Translations under genes and position numbers: made by a program
Assembly: GCA_050290965.1 (NCBI GenBank)
Contig: JBNKJB010000012.1
Coordinates: forward strand, 2,650-66,649
Source: Sulfurimonadaceae bacterium
GTDB lineage: Bacteria; Campylobacterota; Campylobacteria; Campylobacterales; Sulfurimonadaceae
Length of the DNA stretch: 64,000 nt
Direction of reading: 5' to 3'
Shown here: positions 1-8,752 of the stretch, one piece after another
Layout: the number at the start of each line of letters is the position of its first letter
Numbering within the stretch: the first letter of the stretch is position 1
The notes under the pieces: model-generated
What the model was told of the DNA's origin: nothing
What the model saw: the letters and a program-made list of their open reading frames with translations, nothing else
Databases searched by the model: none

Positions 1-1
1 T

Positions 2-220
2 GCTGATCGTATTAAAGCATTATTACAACGTTACGATCTTCCTGTAGATTATCATATTAGTAATGTTGAGGCTTTCTATGATGCTTTCTTTTTAGATAAA
101 AAAAGCAGTGATGCAGCGATTATGTTTGTTATTCCAGAGGGTATTGGCGGGGTTGTGATGCGCAGTGATATTGACGCAGCAACGGTTAAAAGTACCTTAG
201 CAACATACAGCGAGGGGTGA
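2..220 (+). CDS. aroB: 3-dehydroquinate synthase, C-terminal fragment (5' end lies outside the window)
   Basis: Frame is open from the window edge to TGA at 218-220. The translation ..LLQRYDLPVDY..FYDAFFLDKKSSDAAIMFVIPEGIGG.. fits the AroB C-terminal pattern (LP..DKK..ILP..IG) as I recall it. It is absent from the ORF track because it has no start codon. Confidence 0.6.
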   Translation, partial: ADRIKALLQRYDLPVDYHISNVEAFYDAFFLDKKSSDAAIMFVIPEGIGGVVMRSDIDAATVKSTLATYSEG

Positions 221-221
221 T

Positions 222-1910
222 GTGAAACCGTTACTGCTACTGCTACTTATTACAGCAGCTACGCTTTTTGCCAATACACAAGCGGCTAGCAGCTCGTCTG
301 AAGCCAATACTGCAGTATTGACACCACAAGAAATAAAACGCCTTGAGGCCGAACGTCATCAAGCCGAAGTTGAAGCTAAAAATGAGCAGATTCGCCGTCT
401 TAAGATTGATTTGAAGCGTAGTAATCGTGAGCTGGGTCGTGAGAGTATTTGGCTCAACAGTTACAGCTCGTATTTGAAGTATGTTGATGTTAAAAAAGAG
501 CATAATGCCATTCAAAAAGAGATTGAAGAGCTTTCAAAATATGGTAAAAGCAGCAAAGATAAAGACAAACTTGATTATCTGATCCATAAAGAATCTATTC
601 TAAATGATCAGCTTACGTTGCTAAAAGATCATAGCGAATCGCCATTTTCCATGTTGCTAAAACCTGATGAAATTGGCAGTGTTCCCGAGATTACCAATCC
701 TATTGATATTTTTGCTGGTATCTCATTTACCAAGCGACTCAACAACTCTTATGCCGATTATATTGCACGTGGCAATGAGTTGCGTCTTTTGGTTATTGCG
801 CTGCGTGAAAAGAAAAAAACACTAACCGAGCTGGCCAAATTAGATGAAAATGCCACACAGTATAAAGATAAAATTGCTTTTGTCAGCCGAAAATTAACAC
901 AATTTGAAAACGGTTCGGATACACTAAATACGACAGCAGAGGTGTATTTAAAACGCATTCAAGAGGTACAGCTTCAGGTAGAAAAAGGGATTAAAGAGCA
1001 GGTGGTTAAGCTCTTTAATCTGAGCATGACCATTATGGTGTTGTTTGTTATCTTTTTGGTTCTCAAATTTATTATTAAAAAATACATTACTGACAACGAA
1101 CGCTTTTATATGGCGAACAAGATCATTACTTTTATTAACATTACGCTGATAATTTTTATTATATTTTTCACCTACATCGACAAAGTTGCTTATCTGGTTA
1201 CGGTACTTGGATTTGCATCGGCGGGTATCGCCATTGCCATGAAAGACTGGTTTATGAGCATTTTGGGTTGGCTGGTCATTGTATTTGGCGGCGCCATTCA
1301 TGTGGGGGATCGCGTTCGTGTAGATAAGGACGGTATGAAATATGTGGGCGACGTATTGGATATTTCGCTGTTGCGTATTACGATTTTAGAGGATATCACG
1401 CTGACTTCTTACATGCATAATCGTCGCGCTGGACGTATTGTGTTTATTCCCAACAACTATATTTTCACCACCATGATTGCCAACTACACCCATGTATCAC
1501 TAAAAACGGTGTGGGATGGTATTGATATTACCATAACCTTTGATTCCAATCATAAAAAAGCGGCACATCTTGCCAAGGAGATCACACGTAAGTATGCGAA
1601 AGGTTACACCGATATTACGCGCAAACAGTTAAATAAACTGCGCAGCCGTTACAATCTGAAAAACTCTAATGTTGAACCGCGTATCTTTACCTTTGCCGAA
1701 GAGAACGGCATGCGTGTTAGCAGTTGGTATCTTACAAATGCTTATGCCACATTAACGCTACGCTCAACCATCTCAGCTGAAATTATAGATGCCTTTAATG
1801 CCGAAGATGATATTCACATTGCCTACCCAACACAACGGTTGCATATTGGCAATCCAAAATCCAAAGCGCAACCACCGTCTGGCGTTGAAGAGGATAATAT
1901 AGCAACATGA
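222..1910 (+). CDS. MscS-family mechanosensitive ion channel with a long N-terminal periplasmic coiled-coil (MscK-like architecture)
   Basis: GTG start. It has a signal peptide, a coiled-coil region and TM helices. The conserved MscS beta-domain GDRVRVDKDGMKYVGDVLDISLLRITILED is present. Confidence 0.8.
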   Translation: MKPLLLLLLITAATLFANTQAASSSSEANTAVLTPQEIKRLEAERHQAEVEAKNEQIRRLKIDLKRSNRELGRESIWLNSYSSYLKYVDVKKEHNAIQKEIEELSKYGKSSKDKDKLDYLIHKESILNDQLTLLKDHSESPFSMLLKPDEIGSVPEITNPIDIFAGISFTKRLNNSYADYIARGNELRLLVIALREKKKTLTELAKLDENATQYKDKIAFVSRKLTQFENGSDTLNTTAEVYLKRIQEVQLQVEKGIKEQVVKLFNLSMTIMVLFVIFLVLKFIIKKYITDNERFYMANKIITFINITLIIFIIFFTYIDKVAYLVTVLGFASAGIAIAMKDWFMSILGWLVIVFGGAIHVGDRVRVDKDGMKYVGDVLDISLLRITILEDITLTSYMHNRRAGRIVFIPNNYIFTTMIANYTHVSLKTVWDGIDITITFDSNHKKAAHLAKEITRKYAKGYTDITRKQLNKLRSRYNLKNSNVEPRIFTFAEENGMRVSSWYLTNAYATLTLRSTISAEIIDAFNAEDDIHIAYPTQRLHIGNPKSKAQPPSGVEEDNIAT

Positions 1911-3151
1911 AAAAAGTCTATTTCAAAACTTTTGGATGCCGTACCAACATGTTTGATTCGCAAGTCATGATGAGTGCACTTAAAGCGTTTGAAATTACAC
2001 AAAATGAGCAGGAAGCAGACATTGTAATTCTTAATTCTTGTACCGTTACCAATGGTGCCGACACCACAGTTCGCAGCTATATTTCGCATCTTGAAAAACA
2101 TTCCAATGCCCGGATCTATCTTACTGGTTGCGGTGCGCATACCAAGGGTGCGTCACTTTTTGAGAGCGAGCGGGTTTTTGGAGTGTTTGGTCAAAGTGAA
2201 AAACAGCGTATTGATACACTGCTCAAAAACGAGACCCGTTTTTATGAACCTGGTGATCTGAAATTTGTAGATAACACCATTGTTTCGGAATTTGTCGGTA
2301 AAAGCAGGGCGTTTATTAAAATTCAAGAGGGGTGTAATTTTCGCTGTAGCTACTGCATTATTCCCTATGTCCGTGGAGATTCGCGTTCATTGGATGAAGA
2401 AAATATTTTAGAACAGGTACGCATTTTAGCATCTAACGGTTTTGGCGAGTTTATTTTAACCGGCACCAATGTGGGCAGTTATGGCCAGGGTGAAAAACGT
2501 TCGCTTGCCGGATTAATGAAACGTATGAGTATGATCCGTGGGGTACGGCGTATTCGTATTGGATCACTTGAACCAATCCAAATCAATGACGAATTCAAAG
2601 AGATTTTAGACGAGCCGTGGCTTGAGCGGCATTTACATGTAGCGATTCAGCATGCATCACAAGAGATGCTGCGTATTATGAACCGACGTAATCGCATTGA
2701 ACATGATCTGCTTCTTTTTAATGAACTTTCTCAAAAGGGATTTGCTTTGGGAACAGATTTTATTGTTGGTCATCCTGGAGAAACTGATGCCTTGTGGGAT
2801 GAGGCAATGCGCAACCTGCGCCAGATGCCGCTGACGCATCTGCATGCGTTTACTTACTCTAAACGCGATGGCACGCCCGCATCGAATATGAAAAATCAGG
2901 CGGATGGTGCTGCATCAAAACAGCGTATGCTACAGCTTCAAGAGCTGGTAGATGCCAATAATTTAGCATTTCGAAACCATGTTACAATACCCCTGGAAGT
3001 ACTTGTTGAGAGCAAGAAAGATGATGCGTATTATGGATATGATCAGTTTTTTAATAAAATTCTTATTCAGAGTAAAGATGATATCCGTGGTGAATGGATG
3101 CAGTTTGATACGTACGACATTATGAAGGAGCATAATCGTGTTGAGCTCTAA
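1907..3151 (+). CDS. Radical-SAM methylthiotransferase of the MiaB/MtaB/RimO family (tRNA modification)
   Basis: N-terminal UPF0004 motif FKTFGCRTNMFDS and radical-SAM motif CNFRCSYCIIP. Length is 414 aa. It overlaps the upstream gene by 4 nt. Confidence 0.85.
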   Translation: MKKVYFKTFGCRTNMFDSQVMMSALKAFEITQNEQEADIVILNSCTVTNGADTTVRSYISHLEKHSNARIYLTGCGAHTKGASLFESERVFGVFGQSEKQRIDTLLKNETRFYEPGDLKFVDNTIVSEFVGKSRAFIKIQEGCNFRCSYCIIPYVRGDSRSLDEENILEQVRILASNGFGEFILTGTNVGSYGQGEKRSLAGLMKRMSMIRGVRRIRIGSLEPIQINDEFKEILDEPWLERHLHVAIQHASQEMLRIMNRRNRIEHDLLLFNELSQKGFALGTDFIVGHPGETDALWDEAMRNLRQMPLTHLHAFTYSKRDGTPASNMKNQADGAASKQRMLQLQELVDANNLAFRNHVTIPLEVLVESKKDDAYYGYDQFFNKILIQSKDDIRGEWMQFDTYDIMKEHNRVEL

Positions 3152-4775
3152 AAAAAATCGACTGATTCTTTTGGTCTCTGCCGCAATTATTGCAGTATTG
3201 GTGCTGTTTGCATTGGTGCGTGATAATGCGCAACTCATAAGCTTGCAAGAGAGCCGGAGTCTTATTGCTTCAAAATCGGTTACAAAAGCGATTCATTCGG
3301 GCGAATACCTTTACATGTATTCCAAGCAGGGCGATTATAAAATTCCTTACAATCAAATTACTCCAGAAATGATCAAAACGCTCAAAGTTGATGTGTCGCA
3401 AGGCGGTGTCATTACTGCAATACTTGTTATTTTAATCCTCTTACTTGGCGTGGCTTCGTTTTTGTTTATATGGTGGCAGAAGCAAGGGGTTCAAGCACCA
3501 AAAACCAAAATTGTCACACCTGCAAAAGAAACAAGCAGTGAAGCTATAGTTCCTGTACGTTCCAATGTCAGTTTTTCTGATATTGGCGGTATTAGCGATG
3601 TCAAAGAGGAACTTGAAGAGATTATTGATTTTCTCAAAAAACCAAAACGCTATCTTAGTTTTGGTGCGCGTATGCCACGCGGGGTGCTTTTGGTAGGGCC
3701 TCCTGGTGTGGGTAAAACCATGATTGCCAAAGCTGTTGCCGCCGAAGCGGACGTACCGTTTTTTTATCAAAGTGGGGCATCCTTTGTACAGATTTATGTA
3801 GGGATGGGTGCCAAACGGGTACATGAGCTTTTTAGTGCTGCTAAACGCAATGCACCTTCAATTATTTTTATTGATGAAATTGATGCCGTGGGTAAAAAAC
3901 GCGACGGCAATCGCAATGATGAGCGCGAAGGCACACTAAATCAGCTTCTTACCGAGATGGATGGATTTGAAGAAAACAGCGGGGTTGTTGTTGTGGCTGC
4001 AACCAATAACATTGAAGTCATGGATGCTGCTTTGTTGCGCGCGGGCCGTTTTGATCGTCGTATTTTTGTAGATTTGCCAACACCTCGTGAGCGTGAAGCC
4101 ATTTTGGGAAAATATCTGCGTCATATACCCAATGATGTCAAGCTTGCGGATGTAGCGCATATTACGGTAGGTTTTAGCGGTGCGGCACTTGCTGCGCTGG
4201 TTAATGAAGCAGCGTTGCTCTCATTGCGTCAGCATGAATTGCAAGTGACGATGGAGCATTTTCATGCGGTTAAAGAGAAAGTGATGTTTGGCAAGAAAAA
4301 AGTACAAATTGTCACATCCGAGCAAAAACGCTACCGTGCGCGTTATCAGGCAGCCAAAGCGTTGGTGGCAACGTGGTTTGACCTACCGTATGAAAAGATA
4401 GCATTAACTTCTGATAACTTTAATCCACCCGTAGGTCAGCCGCTTTTGCGTCATGAGATAACGGCGCGGATTCAGATGCATTTAGCGGGTATGGCAGCGA
4501 GTGATATGGAGTTTGGAGAACATGCTACCAATGTGCAAAACGATATCTCAGAGGCAAGAGAACTGGCCGCACAGATGATAGATGATTATGCTATGGGTAC
4601 GTCACTGATGCCGTGTGATGAAGAGAAAGCAATACTGCTTGATGCCTTATATGACGAAACCAAAAAACTCTTAAGCGGTAAAGATCTGATTTTAGAAAAA
4701 ATAGAGGCTATTTTGATGGAGTATGAGAGCATTTCAAAAGCCTTGGTGAAAAAGACAATCGGTGAAGTTTTATAG
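3138..4775 (+). CDS. FtsH-like membrane AAA+ ATPase paralog with a degenerate metalloprotease site
   Basis: Two N-terminal TM helices, Walker A GPPGVGKT, Walker [10 protein letters not shown] and second region of homology [22 protein letters not shown]. The position of the M41 HEAGH zinc motif reads YQAAK (nt 4344-4358). Confidence 0.8.
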   Translation: MLSSKKNRLILLVSAAIIAVLVLFALVRDNAQLISLQESRSLIASKSVTKAIHSGEYLYMYSKQGDYKIPYNQITPEMIKTLKVDVSQGGVITAILVILILLLGVASFLFIWWQKQGVQAPKTKIVTPAKETSSEAIVPVRSNVSFSDIGGISDVKEELEEIIDFLKKPKRYLSFGARMPRGVLLVGPPGVGKTMIAKAVAAEADVPFFYQSGASFVQIYVGMGAKRVHELFSAAKRNAPSIIFIDEIDAVGKKRDGNRNDEREGTLNQLLTEMDGFEENSGVVVVAATNNIEVMDAALLRAGRFDRRIFVDLPTPREREAILGKYLRHIPNDVKLADVAHITVGFSGAALAALVNEAALLSLRQHELQVTMEHFHAVKEKVMFGKKKVQIVTSEQKRYRARYQAAKALVATWFDLPYEKIALTSDNFNPPVGQPLLRHEITARIQMHLAGMAASDMEFGEHATNVQNDISEARELAAQMIDDYAMGTSLMPCDEEKAILLDALYDETKKLLSGKDLILEKIEAILMEYESISKALVKKTIGEVL

Positions 4776-5274
4776 CGGATTTTCGCTACGTGATGAAGCG
4801 CATTTTTTTGAACCCTATTTGAAAAAAAGCGATTACACGGTAGCAGGTTTTAGTTATGGTGCTATTAAAGCACTCTTACATGTAAGCCGTACTCATATGC
4901 GCATTGATACGTTGCAACTCTTTTCGCCTGCTTTTTTTCATGACAAAGATGATGCTTTTAAACGTCTTCAGATAATGAGCTATAAGAACAATTCACAGCG
5001 TTATCTAAAGCATTTTATCCAAGGATGCTTTGCACCATATCCAACGCGAGATATTGAGCATGGTATGCATGATGCAACGCAACTTACAGAGCTGTTAGAG
5101 TTTCAATGGGACGCTAAAATGCTTAAAGCATTATGTGAACGAAATATTGAGATAGAGGTCTTTTTAGGGGGCAAAGACACCATTATCAATGCAGTAGAGG
5201 CCAAAGCTTTTTTTCTGCCTTATGCCACCACTTATTATTATAAACATGCCAATCATTTTTTATTAGAGGAGTAA
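4762..5274 (+). CDS. bioV: Small alpha/beta-hydrolase, BioV-like pimeloyl-ACP methyl ester esterase candidate
   Basis: 170 aa with nucleophile elbow GFSYG and later GGKD and HANHF, which could be the Asp and His of a catalytic triad. It sits directly after the FtsH paralog, as I recall for H. pylori BioV. Confidence 0.5.
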   Translation: MKFYSGFSLRDEAHFFEPYLKKSDYTVAGFSYGAIKALLHVSRTHMRIDTLQLFSPAFFHDKDDAFKRLQIMSYKNNSQRYLKHFIQGCFAPYPTRDIEHGMHDATQLTELLEFQWDAKMLKALCERNIEIEVFLGGKDTIINAVEAKAFFLPYATTYYYKHANHFLLEE

Positions 5275-5276
5275 TT

Positions 5277-5810
5277 GTGAGTCATATAAAAATAGGGGTT
5301 ATTACCGCTTCAGATCGTGCGAGTGCCGGAATTTATGAAGATATTTCTGGAATGGCCATTCAAGAGACAATGAAAGCGTATCTTAAAAGCGAATTTGAAA
5401 TTGAGTATCGTTGCATTCCCGATAATCAAGATGAGATTGAAGCTACAATGATTGAGCTATGCGATGTGTCTGGATGCTGCCTTGTCGTCACAACGGGAGG
5501 TACTGGCCCCGCACTGCGCGATGTCACGCCTGAGGCCACAGAAAATGTGTGTCAAAAAATGATGCCGGGTTTTGGCGAATTGATGCGTCAGGTGAGTTTG
5601 CAGTATGTGCCTACAGCAATTCTTTCACGCCAGACAGCTGGAATTCGCGGTAAGTCGCTAATTATTAATCTTCCGGGAAAACCTAAGTCGATTCGTGAAT
5701 GTCTTGATGCTGTGTTTCCTGCGGTGCCGTATTGTATTGATTTAATTGGGGGCGCTTATATCGAGACAGATGAAGCAGTGATCAAAGCCTTTAGGCCTAA
5801 ATCAAACTAA
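5277..5810 (+). CDS. mog: Molybdopterin adenylyltransferase MogA
   Basis: Near-colinear with E. coli MogA as recalled: ISDRAS, TTGGTGPA.RDVTP.AT, MPGFGE.MRQ.SL..VPTAILSRQ, NLPG.PKSI and FRPKS. Confidence 0.93.
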   Translation: MSHIKIGVITASDRASAGIYEDISGMAIQETMKAYLKSEFEIEYRCIPDNQDEIEATMIELCDVSGCCLVVTTGGTGPALRDVTPEATENVCQKMMPGFGELMRQVSLQYVPTAILSRQTAGIRGKSLIINLPGKPKSIRECLDAVFPAVPYCIDLIGGAYIETDEAVIKAFRPKSN

Positions 5811-5932
5811 AGCGTATTCCTGCGCTTGCAACCGTGTTGTTAATCTTCTTTAACATTACTTACATGTAATCTTTTAATGACGTAAAATTATTGACTTTTT
5901 ATATTATTTCCTATATGGTTGTATCAACAAAT

Positions 5933-5946
5933 GTTGTATATACAAC
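5933..5946. promoter_or_regulatory. 14-bp perfect palindrome GTTGTATATACAAC, candidate MarR-type operator
   Basis: It lies 12 nt upstream of the marR-family ATG (5959) and just before RBS AAAGGA. A half-site repeat GTTGTATCAAC lies at 5919-5929, and TTGACT at 5891-5896 could be a -35 box. Confidence 0.35.
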
Positions 5947-5958
5947 TAAAGGAATTGA

Positions 5959-6396
5959 ATGGCTGGAAAATTATTGCAAAATATTGGATCTCAAATAAAA
6001 ATCACCGCAAATATTATGTCATCAGAGCATAATAAATATCTAAATGAGTATGACATAAGTAGTGAGCAAGGGATGCTGTTGAAGTTTGTTTATGACTTTC
6101 CAGGCTCTACCCAAACCCAACTTGCAGAGCTGTTGTATAAAGATAAAACCACCATTACGCGTATGATAGATATCTTGGAAAAAAAAGGAAGGTTATATAG
6201 AGAGGTTTCGCAAAAAGATAGAAGGGTTTACAACATCTATTTGACCGAAACAACAAAACAAGAGGTCGAAGCGATTGCTCCGGTTTTTGAAAAAATAGAT
6301 CGTGAATTACGAGAAATGATCTCGGAGAAAGAGTATGAAAACACAATAGAAATTTTAAAAAAGATCCAGGGATATTACAGGAGGTTGAACAAATGA
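5959..6396 (+). CDS. MarR-family transcriptional regulator
   Basis: 145 aa with a winged-helix region (TQTQLAELLYKDKTTITRMIDILEKKGRLYR..DRR). It is the first gene of the efflux operon and overlaps the next gene by 4 nt. Confidence 0.85.
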   Translation: MAGKLLQNIGSQIKITANIMSSEHNKYLNEYDISSEQGMLLKFVYDFPGSTQTQLAELLYKDKTTITRMIDILEKKGRLYREVSQKDRRVYNIYLTETTKQEVEAIAPVFEKIDRELREMISEKEYENTIEILKKIQGYYRRLNK

Positions 6397-7625
6397 AAAT
6401 AATAATAACAGTGTGTATGATAACACCAGTTATGATGTATGCAGATACGTTGCAAGAGCTTATTGAATCGGCAACACACAACAATGATATGATCATCTCA
6501 AAAAAAATGGTACAAGAATCCAAGCTAAAAGAGGTGGAATCAGCACAAAACTCCTACTATCCCACGCTTGATATTGGTGGAGCGTATCAGAGCTTAGAGG
6601 AAAAAACGCCCAATGTGGCTGGAGATATCTATACCGGTTATGTAAAAGTGGGATTGGATCTTTATGATGGTGGTATAAAATCAAGTACCATCGATGTTAA
6701 CAAAGCACTTTTAGATGCGTCACAATTTGATACATCGGCATACAAAAAGAGTTTAGAGCTTGCTATTACGCAAGACTTTTTTAACATCAAAAGTGAAGAG
6801 GGAACATTACAGTCTCTAGAAGAGAAAAACAATCAGCTAGAGGCAGAGTTAGAGCGTATTAAGGAGTTTTATAAAGTTGGAAGTGCGACAACCGACCAGA
6901 TAGACAGACTTCAAGCGGCGCTAAGTAACAACCTCTATCAAATTGATACTGCAAAATATCAGATTCTTTCATTAAAAAAACTTTTGAGTATCAAAGTTGG
7001 AAAAAGTGTTGAAACTCTGGATGATTCCATCATAATAGCGCCTCAGTCGGTAGCTAAAGAGTCAAGTGATGCTATCAAATCTTTAAAAGCAAATGCCTCG
7101 TCATATGAGTATGCTGCGCGAGGTGTCAGTGCTGTGTATTACCCACAACTTCGCATAGAAGATACCTATAGCTTTTATGATTATGGCAGAACGGATATAG
7201 CACATCCTGAAGGCTTGGATAAACAAAATAAACTCATGCTTACGCTCAATATGAGATTGTTTGATGGCTTTAGTGCCAATAAACAAAAAGAGGCAAAACT
7301 TCTTTATAAAAGTGCTTTAGAGGCACAGATAAAACAAGCAAGCCAGACGCAAGAGGCCAACATAGAATTGGCACGCTCTAAAATAGAGACAACCAAAGCT
7401 CAGATTCAAAGTGCCAAAAGTTCACTTGAATCCGCAACAAGTGCTTATGAAACGATTGCTCAAAAATATAAAGTAGGGGTTGTTGATAATGTCACCTATT
7501 TGGATGCGCTTACAACAAAGACCAATGCAAAAGTGCAGTATGGGATTGCTTTGAATAATCTGCAAATCGCCTATGCTGCCTACTATTACTATACCAATAA
7601 CACTATCAAGGAATACATCAAATGA
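6393..7625 (+). CDS. TolC-like outer-membrane efflux protein (OMF)
   Basis: 410 aa with a signal peptide and two-fold repeated coiled-coil/beta architecture typical of OMF proteins. Operon order is OMF-MFP-RND, as in H. pylori hefABC. Confidence 0.8.
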   Translation: MKIIITVCMITPVMMYADTLQELIESATHNNDMIISKKMVQESKLKEVESAQNSYYPTLDIGGAYQSLEEKTPNVAGDIYTGYVKVGLDLYDGGIKSSTIDVNKALLDASQFDTSAYKKSLELAITQDFFNIKSEEGTLQSLEEKNNQLEAELERIKEFYKVGSATTDQIDRLQAALSNNLYQIDTAKYQILSLKKLLSIKVGKSVETLDDSIIIAPQSVAKESSDAIKSLKANASSYEYAARGVSAVYYPQLRIEDTYSFYDYGRTDIAHPEGLDKQNKLMLTLNMRLFDGFSANKQKEAKLLYKSALEAQIKQASQTQEANIELARSKIETTKAQIQSAKSSLESATSAYETIAQKYKVGVVDNVTYLDALTTKTNAKVQYGIALNNLQIAYAAYYYYTNNTIKEYIK

Positions 7626-8752
7626 AAACAATCAAGCAAATCATCATGCTCAGTGCGGCAACGTTGTTAGTACTCCCTACACTTATGCATGCAGAAGATG
7701 CACCAAAAGCGGCGATGCCCGCACCAAAAGCAGACGTTTATATTGTTCCCGCACCGCAAGCTTTGCCTATTAGTTTAAAATATCCTGCACAGGTACTGTC
7801 TTTAAAAAATGTGCAGGTTGTTGCAAGGGTGTCGGGGGTATTGGAGAAGAAATTTTTTGAAGAGGGGCAAAAAGTAAAAGAAGGCGCGCTCTTATATAAG
7901 ATTGAAGATAGCATTTACAAAGCAAAGGTAGATGCCGCTAATGCTTCGGTACAACTGGCTCAAGCAGCGTTTGATAATGCAACAAGAAATTGGAATAGGG
8001 TGAAAGAGCTTTTTGCTAAAAAAGTCGTGAGTTTAGAGCAAAGAGATAACGCACTCTCTGAATATGAGCAAAACCAAGCCTCTTTGGCTTTGGCAAAAGC
8101 GCAGTTGAATCAGGCACAAATTGATTTGGATTACACCAATGTTGTTGCGCCGATCAGTGGAATTGTAGGTTTGAAAAAAGTTGATATTGGAGATTATGTA
8201 TCGCCAAACATGAGCACCAGTCTCATTGAAATTACACAAAACGACAGCGTGTTTGTAGAGTTTTCAATGCCATTGAGTGATTACATGAATATTAAAAACA
8301 ATATTTGGTCAATGCCCAAAGAGACGAAACCAAAAATTTCATTGCAAATAGATGGCAAAACAACACAAAGTACGGGTGTTATTGATTTTATAGATGTGAA
8401 TGTCAATAAAGAGACATCAACCGTGAAAATGCGAGCTGTGGTTGATAATAGTGATGGTTATCTTATGGCTGGCAGCTTTGTGCGCGTTCTTTTAAATGAT
8501 GTCACACAAAAAGATATTATCACAATACCTCAAAAAGCACTATTGCAAAATCCTCTTGGAAGCATCGTTTTTGTTGAAGAAAAGGGCATTGTGGCTGTGC
8601 GACCGGTTCAGATTAGCAATGAAGCCGGTGATAAATTTGTTGTAACTCCCGGAGCACTGAAAAGCGGTGATAAAGTGATTGTTAACAATTTCTTTAGACT
8701 AAAACCTGGCGCTGCGGTTGCGGTTGATAAAGTTATTAATGAGGGAAAATAG
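7622..8752 (+). CDS. RND efflux periplasmic adaptor (membrane fusion protein)
   Basis: Signal peptide, a coiled-coil hairpin, and the lipoyl/beta-barrel motifs APISGIVG and GDYV. It lies between the OMF and RND genes. Confidence 0.88.
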   Translation: MKTIKQIIMLSAATLLVLPTLMHAEDAPKAAMPAPKADVYIVPAPQALPISLKYPAQVLSLKNVQVVARVSGVLEKKFFEEGQKVKEGALLYKIEDSIYKAKVDAANASVQLAQAAFDNATRNWNRVKELFAKKVVSLEQRDNALSEYEQNQASLALAKAQLNQAQIDLDYTNVVAPISGIVGLKKVDIGDYVSPNMSTSLIEITQNDSVFVEFSMPLSDYMNIKNNIWSMPKETKPKISLQIDGKTTQSTGVIDFIDVNVNKETSTVKMRAVVDNSDGYLMAGSFVRVLLNDVTQKDIITIPQKALLQNPLGSIVFVEEKGIVAVRPVQISNEAGDKFVVTPGALKSGDKVIVNNFFRLKPGAAVAVDKVINEGK

